Positions 47,601 to 61,100 of a DNA stretch of 64,000 nucleotides are shown in pieces. Position 1 is the first letter of the stretch. Each line of letters begins with the position of its first letter. The position numbers and the translations under genes were made by a program. The notes under the pieces were generated by a model. That model made no database searches, was not told where the DNA came from, and saw nothing but the letters and a program-made list of their open reading frames with translations. Source of the DNA: Phoronis australis (lineage: Eukaryota > Animalia > Phoronida). The stretch is from positions 591,390 to 655,389 of the forward strand of contig NMRA01000086.1 in the NCBI GenBank assembly GCA_002633005.1, written 5' to 3'.

Positions 47601-49797
47601 CCGCCTCTTCTGAGCGTAGAACAGAAATGGACAGATATTCCTGATACTTAGCACTTGTAGTCATGAGCTTAATGAACATAATGGAATATGAAAGATAATT
47701 TTCGGCAGAAATACCGTACGCCATTCTTAAATCCGAGTAAATGGGGCATGTTGAAAAGAAATGTTTCTCGTCTTCTATTTCATTAAGTCACACATTTGAC
47801 ATATACGAGTCAGGGGGTAAATTAATATGTCCACCCAGTTCAGTCATACTATCAGGAATTTGTGACTTGATTGTCTAAATTTCGCTGAAGTCGTTCTGTG
47901 GACCTGTTTATCAAGTAATGAAACATGTGTTCTAAACTAGACTATCCGTGAATAATTTATAAGAATCCAGCTTTTTAACCGGTAAAAGCCTATCTTGCCA
48001 ACACGTCCATCAATGTCACAGACACGTTGTTGAAATTCAAGTAAAACGAGTTCTTCATTTCCAACTCCTTGATTTCCCAAACAAAGCCGAAACCAAAATC
48101 AAAAAAAAAACATGTACTTAGAATAATTTTTTATTATCGTCATCATCATCATGCGAATGTGTCGATAATTACATTTAAGACACTTAAAAATTGTAACCAC
48201 TGGGGACGAATAGGGTTCCTTGGACATTCTAGTTAACGTGAAAAGCTTTGTAAAAGTTAGACTCAAAACGAAAATGCTTCCCCGTAGGCTCATTAAGATG
48301 AGAATTGCCATCTATAATTTTGCGCGCCAATTGAATATGCGATCTTCGAATGTACTCATAGGGGAATAATATCGAAATCTCACATCGTAACAATGGCGTA
48401 GCTAGGATTATTGCCAACCGGAGCAGAAGATTGCGATGCCCTGCCATGCCATGAGATCAAAACGAAACAACTCAACAAAATCGTATCTGAGTAAAACCGA
48501 GTGTTGAATTCTTTAGCACCGGCGGATATAGTGGGGGCCCTAAAATTTTCCCAGATTCCATTTGCCAGTTCGGGAGTGCGAATGTGTGACAGCCAAAATC
48601 CTGGCTAAAACTCTGCCCTGCCCTTCCCTCTAACTCAAAATCCTGGATCCGCGTCCCCTGTATAGCATATACTGAAGAGATGTTCACAGCACGAATTATT
48701 GCAATTTATTATACACGCACAAATTATTGCCAATATAGGCTACTAGCACAAACCGTCATGAAAGCACAGAATCGCTGTTATATGCTTAGAAGTGGGATAT
48801 AAATAATGAAACTTACAAAAGTGTTTCGAGATGTAGTGAGATTAGTGAATTTCTTGACAACGTAGCATACATGGCACACGTGCGCATGAGCAGATACTGC
48901 ACGTGACTGATCGTGAGTAATAACCAAAAAAATTGTTGTTTTTGTACGCGATACTTCCTGGTTATACACATTAAATGTATATTCGAATTCGGTTCCCATA
49001 TTCATTGCCTAGGTGCACAAAAGAAGCGTTCTTTCTCAAATTAATTAAGGAATCGTTATTCAAAAATGGCTTGCGAGACGGGTAAACAAAATCTCTGAGT
49101 GTTTTTGTTAGTTGGCAGAAGGAAGCCAATACGCCATCACAATAACCTTTAGGAATCCAGTCTGAATTTCCTCTTAGTAGTTTCGATTCTATGACCTGGA
49201 GATTCCCGTCGTGACGACTGAGTGCAATCAGAATTCACCGTTTTACGAACCTCGTAACAATAGCTGGTTGCGCCAGAACACTTTTCAGAAAGTTGGAAAC
49301 GCTCCTTATTTCCTAAAATTACTTGAATACTCATCAATTAAATTTTTCTTTACAATTTGTAATTAGTTGCCGGAACAATCACTGCGGTGATTGACTGTTC
49401 AATGACCGTGATTTTAGTTCCGAAATTTTTACATGTATAGCTGAGATGGCGCCGCCGATTTAATTAGCGAACGTAGAGTGACAATATTGTTGAACCACTA
49501 AGTTACCAGTTAGAGCACCGGAATACAAACTGATGTCATACGTACAGTAAAACGCAATTTTTATTGCGGTCCACCCAACGGCATTGAGCTGAATTTACGT
49601 CCGCAGTGCGTACATGCGCCATTTTCGACTTCCCAAGTTTAGGGGTCGTCAACTGAATCCGCCATGAACTATGAAGAATTGCTGCTAATTTCGATGTTCT
49701 TGTTCTATCGCGGTAAACAATGTTATGGAAATAAAAGGCCCTGTTCGATTTTGTTTTTTTTAGTCAGTTGTCGAAACACCGACGGCGAAATGCATCT

Positions 49798-50310
49798 TTA
49801 TGATGATGATCCTATAGTTGGTCTGTAAGTTATACTATTTATGACGATGATCCTAGTTGGCCTGTAAGTTATATTATTCAAGTTAATTATGATGATGATC
49901 CTATAGTTGGTCTGTAAGTTACATTATTTATGACGATGATCCTACAGGTCTGCAAGTTATACTATTTATGACGGTGATCCTATAGTTGGTCTGTAAAGTT
50001 ATACTATTTATGATGATGATCCTATAGTTGGTCTGTAAGTTATATTATTTACGATTATGATCTTATAGTTGGTCTGTAAGATATATTATTTACGATTATG
50101 ATGTTATAGTTGGTCTGTAAGTTACATTATTTATGACGATGATCCTAGTTGGCCTGTAAGTTATATTATTTATGACGATGATCCTATAGTTGGTCTGTAA
50201 GTTATAATATTTATGACGATGATCCTATAGTTGGTCTGTATGTTATATTATTTATGACGATGATCCTGTACTGGTATTATGATGATGATCCTATGTTTGT
50301 AAGTTATAGG
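49798..50310. repeat. 41-bp minisatellite, about 12 copies (TATGACGATGATCCTATAGTTGGTCTGTAAGTTATATTATT)
   Basis: GTCTGTAAG recurs at 50031, 50072 and 50113; no unique spacers. Confidence 0.95.
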
Positions 50311-51910
50311 CCTACTATTTGGGCTCATTGGTCTGGACATCATCAGGGCCGTCGTTATAGAGATGATAGTCTTATGGTCCACACAATTACTTCTGAAAAA
50401 TTATTTAGTATATGTCCGCACTTCAGCAAACTTCACTAGCACGCGGTGTCAGAATCGTACTGGTGGTGCTGTTTGTAAGTCTACAGTTCAGTCAAGAATT
50501 CTGAACATGATAGTTGGTTCGCTATGCATACCGCCATGCTAAATTCTCAATAATGAGGTCATGACGTTTTCATGGCTGGTTATAGAAGGACATGCACTAA
50601 TTATAAATTTTCTTAGAGAATCTTTTTTTTCAACTACCGTGAGACTGCAAACTAAGCTAAAGTATCTATAAATCTCTTGAAGCACTTCACACACGAAGTC
50701 GAAGATATGTGCTGTTTTGTTTTTGGAATGGTGTTAATCATTATTACTTATCATGTCAGATTGGTAGCCGAGTCAATGACGGACTGTACTGTAGTCATTG
50801 GGTAGCCAGTACACATGAGCACTCGAAAAATGGCGACCAGATTGACATCCGAAGAAATGTTACGGCTATCCCTTCGCACATCGCTGTACAGTTGGAAGTA
50901 TGAGGTGAATATTGACAATCTCATTCACGAAGCGAGTAGGGTCGTCTGTCACTGGACAACTGGATTTCATTCTCAGGACATAGCTGTTCCGAGTCAGTGT
51001 CAACATAGATTATAGACAACTATAGTCTATGGTGTCAAGAATAGTGCCGGGGTTTCTCCTTCCATAGTTAGTTTTGTTTGTCACCGACAGGCGAAGTCAA
51101 GTAGGTCAGGCTCGCTGGTTCCCTGCGTGCCTGGCCTTGCTCGTAATACCAGAGGCAGAGACCGTGAGCGTTTTTGGTAATACTAATAGTCGTTGACTTG
51201 TGGACAGGCAGAAAATCCGCTCAGAATAGTTCAGCGATTCAATTGTCCAGATGCTCTACAGCTTTCAAAATTGGTGAAAGAGCAACGAAAACATCATTTG
51301 ATGTTTGTTTATTCCTTCAAAGTTACGGTAAGTATTTAACAGGACCAAAAGTTACATCTCAGTGGAACCGCTGCCGCTGTCACGTAAACTAAAGACTGTG
51401 CTCATCTAGAAAGTAAGCCTACCACTCCACCGTCGCAACTGACGGCCCTCCATAGGCTGTAAGCTATTCGCCGAATTATGCCACACACTGATTAAATCAT
51501 CAAATTCATGTTGCTAGTACCCGTTTGCGCAACACTCCTTTGCCTTTGGAGGCCGTCGATGTATGAACTATGACGTCTCATCCCTAGAAACAAGTAGTAG
51601 CCTATTGCTGATTTAGGCTACTGGACGAAGGACTGTTCAATACAGTTTGATTGTGGGAATATTTTTCCAAGCGGGGATGAGTAAAAGACATTGATGACTT
51701 CCCCAGGCTAAGGTGTCGCCGCTATGCGCAAAAGGTAGTTATCAGTGTTAGGCGTTAATTTACTGAAAAGCTTCCGCCGGCTTATGGGATGGCCACGTCG
51801 TCTCGACTGCCAGTGGAGACGGTGGCTGTCTGGTGCTCATCATGTTACATGTTGTTAGTGTCAGGTTACTCGTTATTATGATGTCATTGTTGTTATTTCA
51901 GATCTCGGTC

Positions 51911-54494
51911 ATGAGCTTCTTGAAAGAAGTTGCCAATTTCTCCAAGTCCAGCTTGAAGCCAACTGAAACTCACATCAGGACCGAAGGGGGTCGCCAATTG
52001 GTGGAATCAAAGGATGAACAAGGTTAGACTGTAGATTGTGTAGAACGGGTTGTAACGTATGATTGGCCAATCCTATGCTGTCTGTGAAGGTTCTAAAATC
52101 AGCCAAGGATCAATCCTTTGTTTCTATGCATGACATTCTGTACGGTCTGAGCAACTACTTTCAAATTTACAATTGTTGTCTGCTGTTTTGTAGAGATTCA
52201 ATTGCAAGAGCATTCACATGTGCTCGTGTGGAGACAGTACAGATGACGTGAAACAACCATAAAATATTACAATGAACATCCCACTCACATATCAGCTAGT
52301 GTTCAGAATATGCTTTTCTTGGAGGAATCGTGAAAGGTCCATGGGAATACAAAATGAATCACTCAGTGGGATCAGTTCATAGTCATCCACTCTCAAGCCG
52401 TGCTGTTAAACCCAAACTGTTTTGTGTTGCAGGTCACATAAAGACGGAGGTGTTGGTGGGTCATAACTATGGTTTCGTTGCTGATTACAAGCCAGATCTA
52501 CAAGTTGCGGAGGTTCAAACAGGACTCCTCATGGGTAAAGTCATGGTCTTTAGTCGTGCTGTAAACATCCCCTTTAAATGATATCAGGTTTTACTTGGAG
52601 AATTCTTCTGACTTTCTCCAGCTACACCAGTTCTATCCACAGTCAACTCAACGACCTTTCACATTTATGGGCACATGGGACTCCTCCACATCTGCACGAC
52701 AATTTCCCCCCAGTTTCCTGAGCATTGCAGTCCCTTCAACATCACTATTGAAGACCTCACTGTTGTGTTTGAGGTACAGTCGCCCCATATCTATTAACCC
52801 AATGTTCTCCCCAGGGACATTGGTCATGTGATCCATTACCTGAGGTTTCCTCTTCACTTTTTTTTTCTCTGTCTCCCTTTTACTTGTATCTCATGTCCTG
52901 TCCGTAGTTTCCATTGTCACAGTGTTCATGTGACAAAGTACTCGACGTGCTTGAAAGGTAGTGGTTTCTTTTTATTTATATATATAATATTGAAAAACAA
53001 AAGTTTTTGTTTGGTAAAACAATAACATAACCGTTGTTATGGTCTGCACTCAGATCATTTTGAAACCTGTACCTCAATGCTGGCGACTCATTTCAGTTGG
53101 CATCAGTTAACACTGGGGAAAATGAAGTATCCCAACCCTTTTCGAGTGTTACCGAGTGACTTTTCTTTAGAAAATATGGACAACTATAGCAATATCGCAT
53201 CCTCAGGTGATCAATACAGTGGACCCACCCGAGCGACCTACGCATGTCTGGCAGTCTGGTACACATTGTACCAGACTGCCTGCAGTTATTTTAAATACCA
53301 CTCCCTGTATCAATTTCTAAAAATACCCAATCCATTCAGGGTCAACTATGTTATTTTTAGTCTTGCGTCGTGATGTTATTATATTTTCCTTGGTGATATA
53401 ATATAGCCTGAATTATGTCTGACCAATGAAACCTATCACTTCTACATTCAAGAATGAATAACTTTGTGCATGCAAAATTACCTGACTCAACAAAAAACTT
53501 CTTCATGGAATCTAGATTGCCTGTGTTCAAAGCAGTGGAGTAGAAGTACTTTCCACATGTGCTATTCTGTGGCAGGAGGTGACGCTGGTCCATCTACCAT
53601 CTCGGGAGGGTTGGCCCTGACCAATAATGATGCATTGACTTGAAGAATTCTGTGTGGTTCAGGCATTAGTATGGGTGTCCCGGGTTGGACGTTGATCGTA
53701 AACAAATGGTCCGGTAACGATACGGAAAAATGTGGTGAATTTTTCTGTTGTTTATTTGACTTCTTAGTATCTTGAGCAAGTCATGAAACATGAAACTGTG
53801 TGTAATGGGTAAATTTAGTTTGTTTTACTTGCAGCAATTGTAGGTTGCTTATAACCATTTCTAAGGAAGGCATTAACATTTTTTTACTTTCCCTATCATT
53901 TCGCAACTTCTAACCAACAAGTCTCTTAACATGAATATCCTGAAGATACTTCATTCTGTTACCATGTATTGACCAATCAGAAGCCATGTTTGCTATCAAT
54001 TCCCAGTGCAGCCCCCTGTAGCACAGCAACAGGTGACCCCATAAGTCTGCTGGTGTTCAGTTGAATATAACTTTGGTTTTGTAGGCTCACAGGACGTTGC
54101 TGCTGATTTGGACTTGCTTAAAAAATACAAAGTGACCCATATTTTGAATGTTGCTTCGAGAGTGGATAATCTTTACCCAGACAAGTTCACGTACAAATCT
54201 GTGCAGATCTTGGACATCCCTGAAGTGGATATCAGAAACAGTTTTGACGAGTGTTTTCAGTTCATAGATGAGGGACGAGCAGCGGACGCTGGAACTGGTG
54301 TGGTATTTGTTCACTGTAACGCTGGTGTGTCGCGATCAGCATCGATCGTGATTGGCTATCTGATGTTGAAGGAGAATGCAACGTTCAGTGATGCTTTCTT
54401 CAAATTAAAAGGCATGCGTCCAAGTATATGTCCGAACGCTGGGTTTGTGCAACAGTTAAAGGAGTATGAGCTACAACTTTGTCTTGGTAATTGA
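51911..54494 (+). CDS. DUSP19: Dual-specificity protein phosphatase 19-like, 207 aa; coding exons 51911-52022, 52433-52534, 54085-54494
   Basis: [85 protein letters not shown]; PTP signature HCX5RS; canonical GT-AG phase-1 introns; N-terminus matches recalled DUSP19 pattern. Confidence 0.92.
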
Positions 54495-57400
54495 CCTTAA
54501 CTTCTTGTATGGGAAAATGTAATGGCCTACACAGGGTACTTGTACAGTTGGTAACTGTAAAAGACTGTTTATTCGTTTTTCTGCCTGGCTTGATGTCATT
54601 GTGTGCACTTCACTATGGTCAACATAAGCCAGTGCACAGTGGCGGATTCAGGCAGGGCCAAGGGGGCCATGGCCTCCCTAAAATTCTCTCAGATACCATT
54701 TGGGAGTTCGGGGTGCGAAATGCTAAATAGCAAATATTCGAGACCCCTGCATCCCCACATTTTAGGCTGGACGCGTGCATGTGGCAAAATTCTGGTTATT
54801 CGTTTGCCCTGGCCCCCCTAACTCAAAAACGTGGTGAAATGAAATTTCTCCTATTCTTTTGTTTTGTTGTAACATTTGTTGTTTTGTCTTTATTCCCACA
54901 CTACAGTTTGCATTTCTTGTCTGATCAGGGTGGAATTTACACACAACGTGTCTCGTAAATGGCTTAAAGCCCCCTTGAAATTTTGCAAATATGTTCTTTT
55001 CATGGATGGGATGGCAAGAACAAATTTTCAGATGGCTCCATCTACCAGTGTGGCTTCTAGTGGCAATTTTATTTTTTACGTTCGCCTCTGTATTTTTGGT
55101 GTTCCTTAACGAATTTTCCCTGAAATTTGGCATTTTGGTGTCTATTGGGAAGATGACACCCTCTTCACATTTTCAAATAGATTCGACATAGTTTGTGCCA
55201 CTTAGTGGCCGTTTTTGCTGTTTTCGAGTCTGTAAAGTTTCTTCAAATTAGAACTAACTCGGCGTATCAGTAAATTTTTTTATCAAAATTTTCAACACAA
55301 GTTAAGAAAACAATATTTCATCATTTGAAAAAATTATCTTGTGCGGCCGTCATGAACAAATGAGTTTTGGAAATTTTTGGCAACACAGCATTTGAAAAAG
55401 GAAAAAGTGACGATTTTGCCAGTTATTTTTGTTTGAATTAAAGGACATTTTACAGTACTGTTATTGTTATCCGCAAAACCATTAGAACAGTCCTACCCAG
55501 AAAACTTTACCCACAACGTAAATGTGAACTGATTAAGGCTGATATTTTGACATGCTTGTATTCTCTTTGAAAAGAGTATTGCAAAGTGCCAACATTTGAA
55601 TCTGTGATGCAGTGTTGATTTTGCCCTGCCATATCCACAAATATGATTTGAAATTTGACAAAACATAATTTCCCTTGTCGCCCATATTGTGTGCTAAATA
55701 AGTGAAGAATTGTCGTAAACTGAGTTTAAACTTCAAGAAATGAAAGTCAAATTACTAGAAGACTGTTTAATCCGTAAAATATAAAGACAAGATTTACAAT
55801 CTTTATGACACGATTAGTGGGATGTTAACTCACAAAAGCAACACCAAAAAAAAAATAACACTCGCACACAAAACAAGACTTAGTTGAGTATATCAGGGTT
55901 TATACCAATATAAGAGGTTTCCACAATTTAATACCTCCAATAGTTTACTTCTGTTGTGCGTTGAAATAGTTGTTAGATCATGATTTTCTCCACTCCCGTG
56001 ACAGAAGGTAAGCAACCCACCTTCAGCACAGGAACCAAATTTACAATAAGTATATCCTTTTCGGAGATGGCTGCAATTGCTTACGCAAAAGATAAGGTAC
56101 ATTTCATAAGCCGCTTTTACACGAGAAACAGTCACTGTGTCAGTTGTCACAGCGTGACTTGCTCCACTTAAGTTACATTTACACGACATTAGATCGCAAA
56201 CTGGATCTGCACGAGTCACACGAATACTGTCAGCTGTCCCTCGTGTAAAGGTGACTATAGTGTCACGGCGACATCCACTGCTTCATCTTTGGAATGTTCA
56301 CGATTCAAAACCATATAAAAATATCTCCAACTGGTAAAATCTCACCAACTTATGTACTATGTTAAAACATGGCGGCAATGTAGGATAGAACTAATCCGAC
56401 TCGGTAACTAAGCTAGAGTTCATGAATGTTCCTATCAAAATCGCCAATAAACAATGTTTTCATGTCAACAACAACTTTCTTCCCAAGCAAACCTATGCTT
56501 TCAAAACACCAAGATTGCCTTCTTGTCATACATATGTCACGAGTGAAATTGTTAACAACAATTCGTGGAAAAAATTCCAAAGTGTGAACATCTCCAACTT
56601 GATTTCTGAGCTAAAATGTTCACGCTGTGACGTACGACTTATTGAGCCTCATACGAAGCAACAATACATATTCAGTTATTCCCGAGTCCAGTTACTGGCC
56701 TAAATCGAGCCTTATTTTCGACTGAAAGCGCCACCTTAATGCAGCTTTAACAATGAAAATCTCAACATGGTCCTGACAATCACCAACAGTTAATTGGTTA
56801 GTAGCACTCAACAAACACGGAAGACTAAGAATTTCTGTGTTGTAATTTCAAACCCAAATTTGAGCACTGTTGAGTATCACAGTAATTAAAAACAGTTACA
56901 AATCCAATCGCACAAAAAACAACTTTGCTTTAGACCATTCACTATGGCATCAAATTTAGTCGAATTCGAGATCATTTCCGAGTTTCAAAGGAACTGGCAT
57001 CTCGTTACCGCTCGAGTTGATTTGTCAAGGCATGTCATTTTATGCACTGAGCATACTCTCAATTATCAATGAATTGCCAGATCTTTGCAGATTCAGGAAT
57101 CACTTCTCATATGACCAAGGAATAAGTCGAGACCAAATTTATAGGGGCAAGTGGTCTAGCTAAATCAAGTTCGCATCTTGGGTTTATAGAATGATTTTAT
57201 GGTTATTTTCATACCAAACAGATGTTGGATTTGAGCACACCGTAACTAAACAAACAATAGCAAAACGCGCGTAGAATTTCTATGTAATGTAAAAGTTATG
57301 TGCCACCAGTGATGAATTCCATTTGAAAAAATGGTCCAACGTGGCACATCTACAACACTTGTTCCTGTTTGACACTTGAGTGTAAACAAATCCATATGAA

Positions 57401-58176
57401 CAAAGTTGGAAAATAACAGGTGTAGATAGATATATGTAGGTACTGACAAGTTAACACAAAGAAATAGCCCATAGCTCAAGTCCAACGCTACCCAGTCAAG
57501 GCATTCAAGATGGAAACAATCTATGTAAGGCACTGGTTCGTTCATTACTTCAAAAACAAACAAATGAAAATTGAGCCGAAAAGTATTTCAAAATGATAAA
57601 AAACCACAAAAATTGAGTCAAAAAGTATGAACATATTTCTACACAATCTTCTCTGTCACTGCAGTATCTTGATTGCGTCTAGTGTACTTGTTCGACACTT
57701 GGTGTCTCTGGTGTGGTGTAGCTAAGGATGTTGGGTAATAAAAACATGGTTGTTGTCAGACGTGACTAGTTTTCTCTCTGACTTTACTAACCAAGTTACA
57801 GCAGTCACTGTCTTTCAACTATTCACAGGATGGTTTTGACTCGCCAAGGCAATGACTACCAATACCTTGCCAGTTTTATACAACTGAACTGCTTGGAAAG
57901 AATTCGTTATCGCATTTCTTGGATCTGGTGAAATGTAAAAAGAACACTTAAACTGATTTATGAGAGAACTTGGCAGCCACCACAGGGCACGGCATGTTTC
58001 TGACTAAAATAACCCATTAAACAAGACACAATTACTTTTTATATAGCCTGAACTTTCAAGCGTTGGACTTTTTGCAATAACCTTCCAAAGGAAAGATTTG
58101 GCCTAACCAGTTAAAAATATTTCTCAATTCAAACTGAATCGGAATCATCATCTGATTGAAGCAGTGGCGAAAATTG

Positions 58177-61100
58177 TCATGCGGCACTGGTGTTTACGTT
58201 GGCATACTGAGCTTTAGTTCTCCGTCGAAATACGAAGAAACAGCAGATGCCAATGATCAAAGCGACGACGGCAGTGACAACAACGGAGATCGCAACAAGT
58301 TGACCTGAAAAAAACAATATTTGAAGGTTTACAATTTCCATTGATTAGGAAGTTTAATTGACATAATTTTACGATGCATCCAGCGGCAAGATAGTTTGTT
58401 AGAAATGGCTAGTACTGACACTAAAACAATGGGCTAACCTAAGCAACAGTAACGGTTAAGTATCCCTTAAAACTGCCTTTCACTGAAGGAAGCTTCTATT
58501 AATCATATCCAGAGTGTAGTTTGAAGCAGACATTTCAGTAAAGATTATGTACTAAACATAACAATAATTGTATAGAGAGGAGCATGAGTCAGATGTAAAC
58601 AAACCGTCCATCACAAAGACCACTTATCGCTATGAAATTAGACTCTAAGTGTTCCTTTAGTCAAACTGCAGATGATTTCCTGGTCTCAAAAGAATTGACA
58701 GTCTGTTATAGCTTGAGATGACGCTCCAAAAGTTGGCTCGTCAAGGTGTGTCATGTTATGCGCTGAGCATTCCCTCATTCATTAAACAAAGGGTCAGTTC
58801 AGCTTTTCCGCCCCAGTTAACGAGAAATTGAGACCAAACATTTTCAGCCTTGTCAGCACGCCATCTGTTGGCCACATCACGTGACCTAATGAATATAAGT
58901 CCACGCTTTATTAAGATTGACATATTTGTATAATATGAGGCCAGTTTTACAGCAGCAAGTTGTCTAAATCAAAAAGTTCACTGCTTTCGCGCAACGCCGG
59001 ATCACAGTGCCGCTTTAAGTCACCAGAGTCATAGTCTTTATCAGAAATGATGGAAAAGAGAAGATTCCACTTAAATACGACTATAAACTTCCCTTCAGTC
59101 AACTAACGTTAAATTTAGGCCACTGACTTACAACTCTGGTCTTAACTTGTTTGCAACACAGATTACAGGTGATTGCTTAGCATGGGGGAAACTGAGCATG
59201 GTTGCAAGCTCTATACCATTGTCAGTGCTATGGAACCTTTAGCCCATAAATTATTCCTCATCTATGTGAGGAACAAGTTGCAACCAGTTTTATCACAAAA
59301 AGTTGTTAAAATCAAAATTTAGTTTCTAGCTGCTTTAGGTTAACAAACACTATTATTACATGATGTGCTACCAGTGATTATCAATTTCTTACATTTTTTC
59401 AAAAAATGAAAGTGTTCAAATGATGCTAAGAGGCACCTGCTAATCATTTTGTTGAGAGTACAGGGTTCACAAAGACATAAGGGCAAACTAAAAACATCTG
59501 TGGCCTAAGTAAATAAAACAGTAAAAAATAGCTGACAAGCGACTGCTAGCAAAACACAGAATTCAAGTAGAGGCTTTAAAAAAATGTGAGTTATACCACA
59601 GGTCTCAGGGAGTCCCAGACTTGTCTCTTGAAGTTGCTTTATAACTAATCACCCTGCCTATTGGTCACGACAATCCTAACAATATAGGTAACGATGACTG
59701 ACATATAACCTTGTCACAAAAGCAAGTTTGGTGATAGGTGTGCTTAGAACTAGGTTGCAACTTGTCTGTGTAAATCCCTCCTACTGCCAGAAGAGCAAAG
59801 ACTTTGTTGCAAGATTCCATTATTTTTGTTCACCTCGTGTATAAAGCTAGGTCACAAAACAAAATGTGTGAGATACGAAAACAGTCCTCAAGACAACAGG
59901 TTAAATGCTAATCTGACAAACGTCACAACTATATAGTTAGCAGAAAACAAAAATACTTTTATTGACACATAGAGGAAAATCGACTTTAAGATTTTACATT
60001 TTTTCGTACGTTTGGTAGCTATAGAAAGCTCCAGAAATAAAGAAAAAAAATTTCCCGGATTTTCTAAACAACCAAACATTGCTATACACTTGCGTGTCGA
60101 AACTGAAATACTTTTTACCCATGGTGCAATTTCTGATACAAAATGGTGATTTTTGAAGAATCTGTCACGGAGCTCGCATATATATTACCATGAACACTGC
60201 GCGACAAGTGCTTCCAGTTATTAAAGAGTATGATTATCACAAAAACTCTAGTTAAATATTACATTACTTTAATTAATCACTTCTAGTTTAGTGTGCTTAC
60301 TTGTGGGTTTGTATAATTTTCTTCATTAATTTTGTTTTTACATGCATGATGATACCTTCTTGAATGTAGTTTGCCCTTATGCTGTAGTCGTGATCCAACT
60401 GTTTTCAGTTAACTGGTTGCTTCTAGTTACTATAGTGGGATAGTGTCTGAGTTACTCAACTAATGCTTGACTGTGTGTTTTGGTGAGAAGGCAGCACTCA
60501 AGGTAACATTCACCCAAAAGACATGTGATTTGTATCATGTGATCTGAATCATGTAATATTCTCAATTGTTGCCACTTCCAGTTATGACCAGACTGTCAAG
60601 CAAACTGCTGCAAGTATTCATTGAATGCTGAGATACTCTGGTTACTGAATATTTGAGGATAACTGAATCCTTTCTATTGCCCTGGTATCTGAGGTACTTT
60701 GATAACTTGTCAGATTATTTCAGCGTCGCTAATCCCACTCTCCTTTTTAACGGGACATGTGTCAAACATAAATAAATTTGCGTTTGCTAAATATCCTATT
60801 TAAGATTTAGATACTTTGTAGATGCAAGTTACAATCTGTCATCTGGAATTCTTCACAGACGCAACATTGTGGTACTTACATGGAGTCAGCGAGTTCAGCA
60901 CAAACACGTTCTCACACTGTGGTACTTACCTCGAGTCAGCGAGTTCAGCACAAACACGTTCTCACACTGTGGTACTTACCTCGAGTCAGCGAGTTCAGCA
61001 CAAACACATTCTCACATTGTGGTACTTACCTCGAGTCAGCGAGTTCAGCACAGACACGTTATCACATTCAACCGCGTAGTTCACTGAATACAGATGCTTG

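Noticed and set aside
49798-50310. Regular 41-bp repeats resembling a CRISPR array
   Set aside because: Units are head-to-tail with no unique spacers, there are no cas genes and the context is eukaryotic; it is a minisatellite
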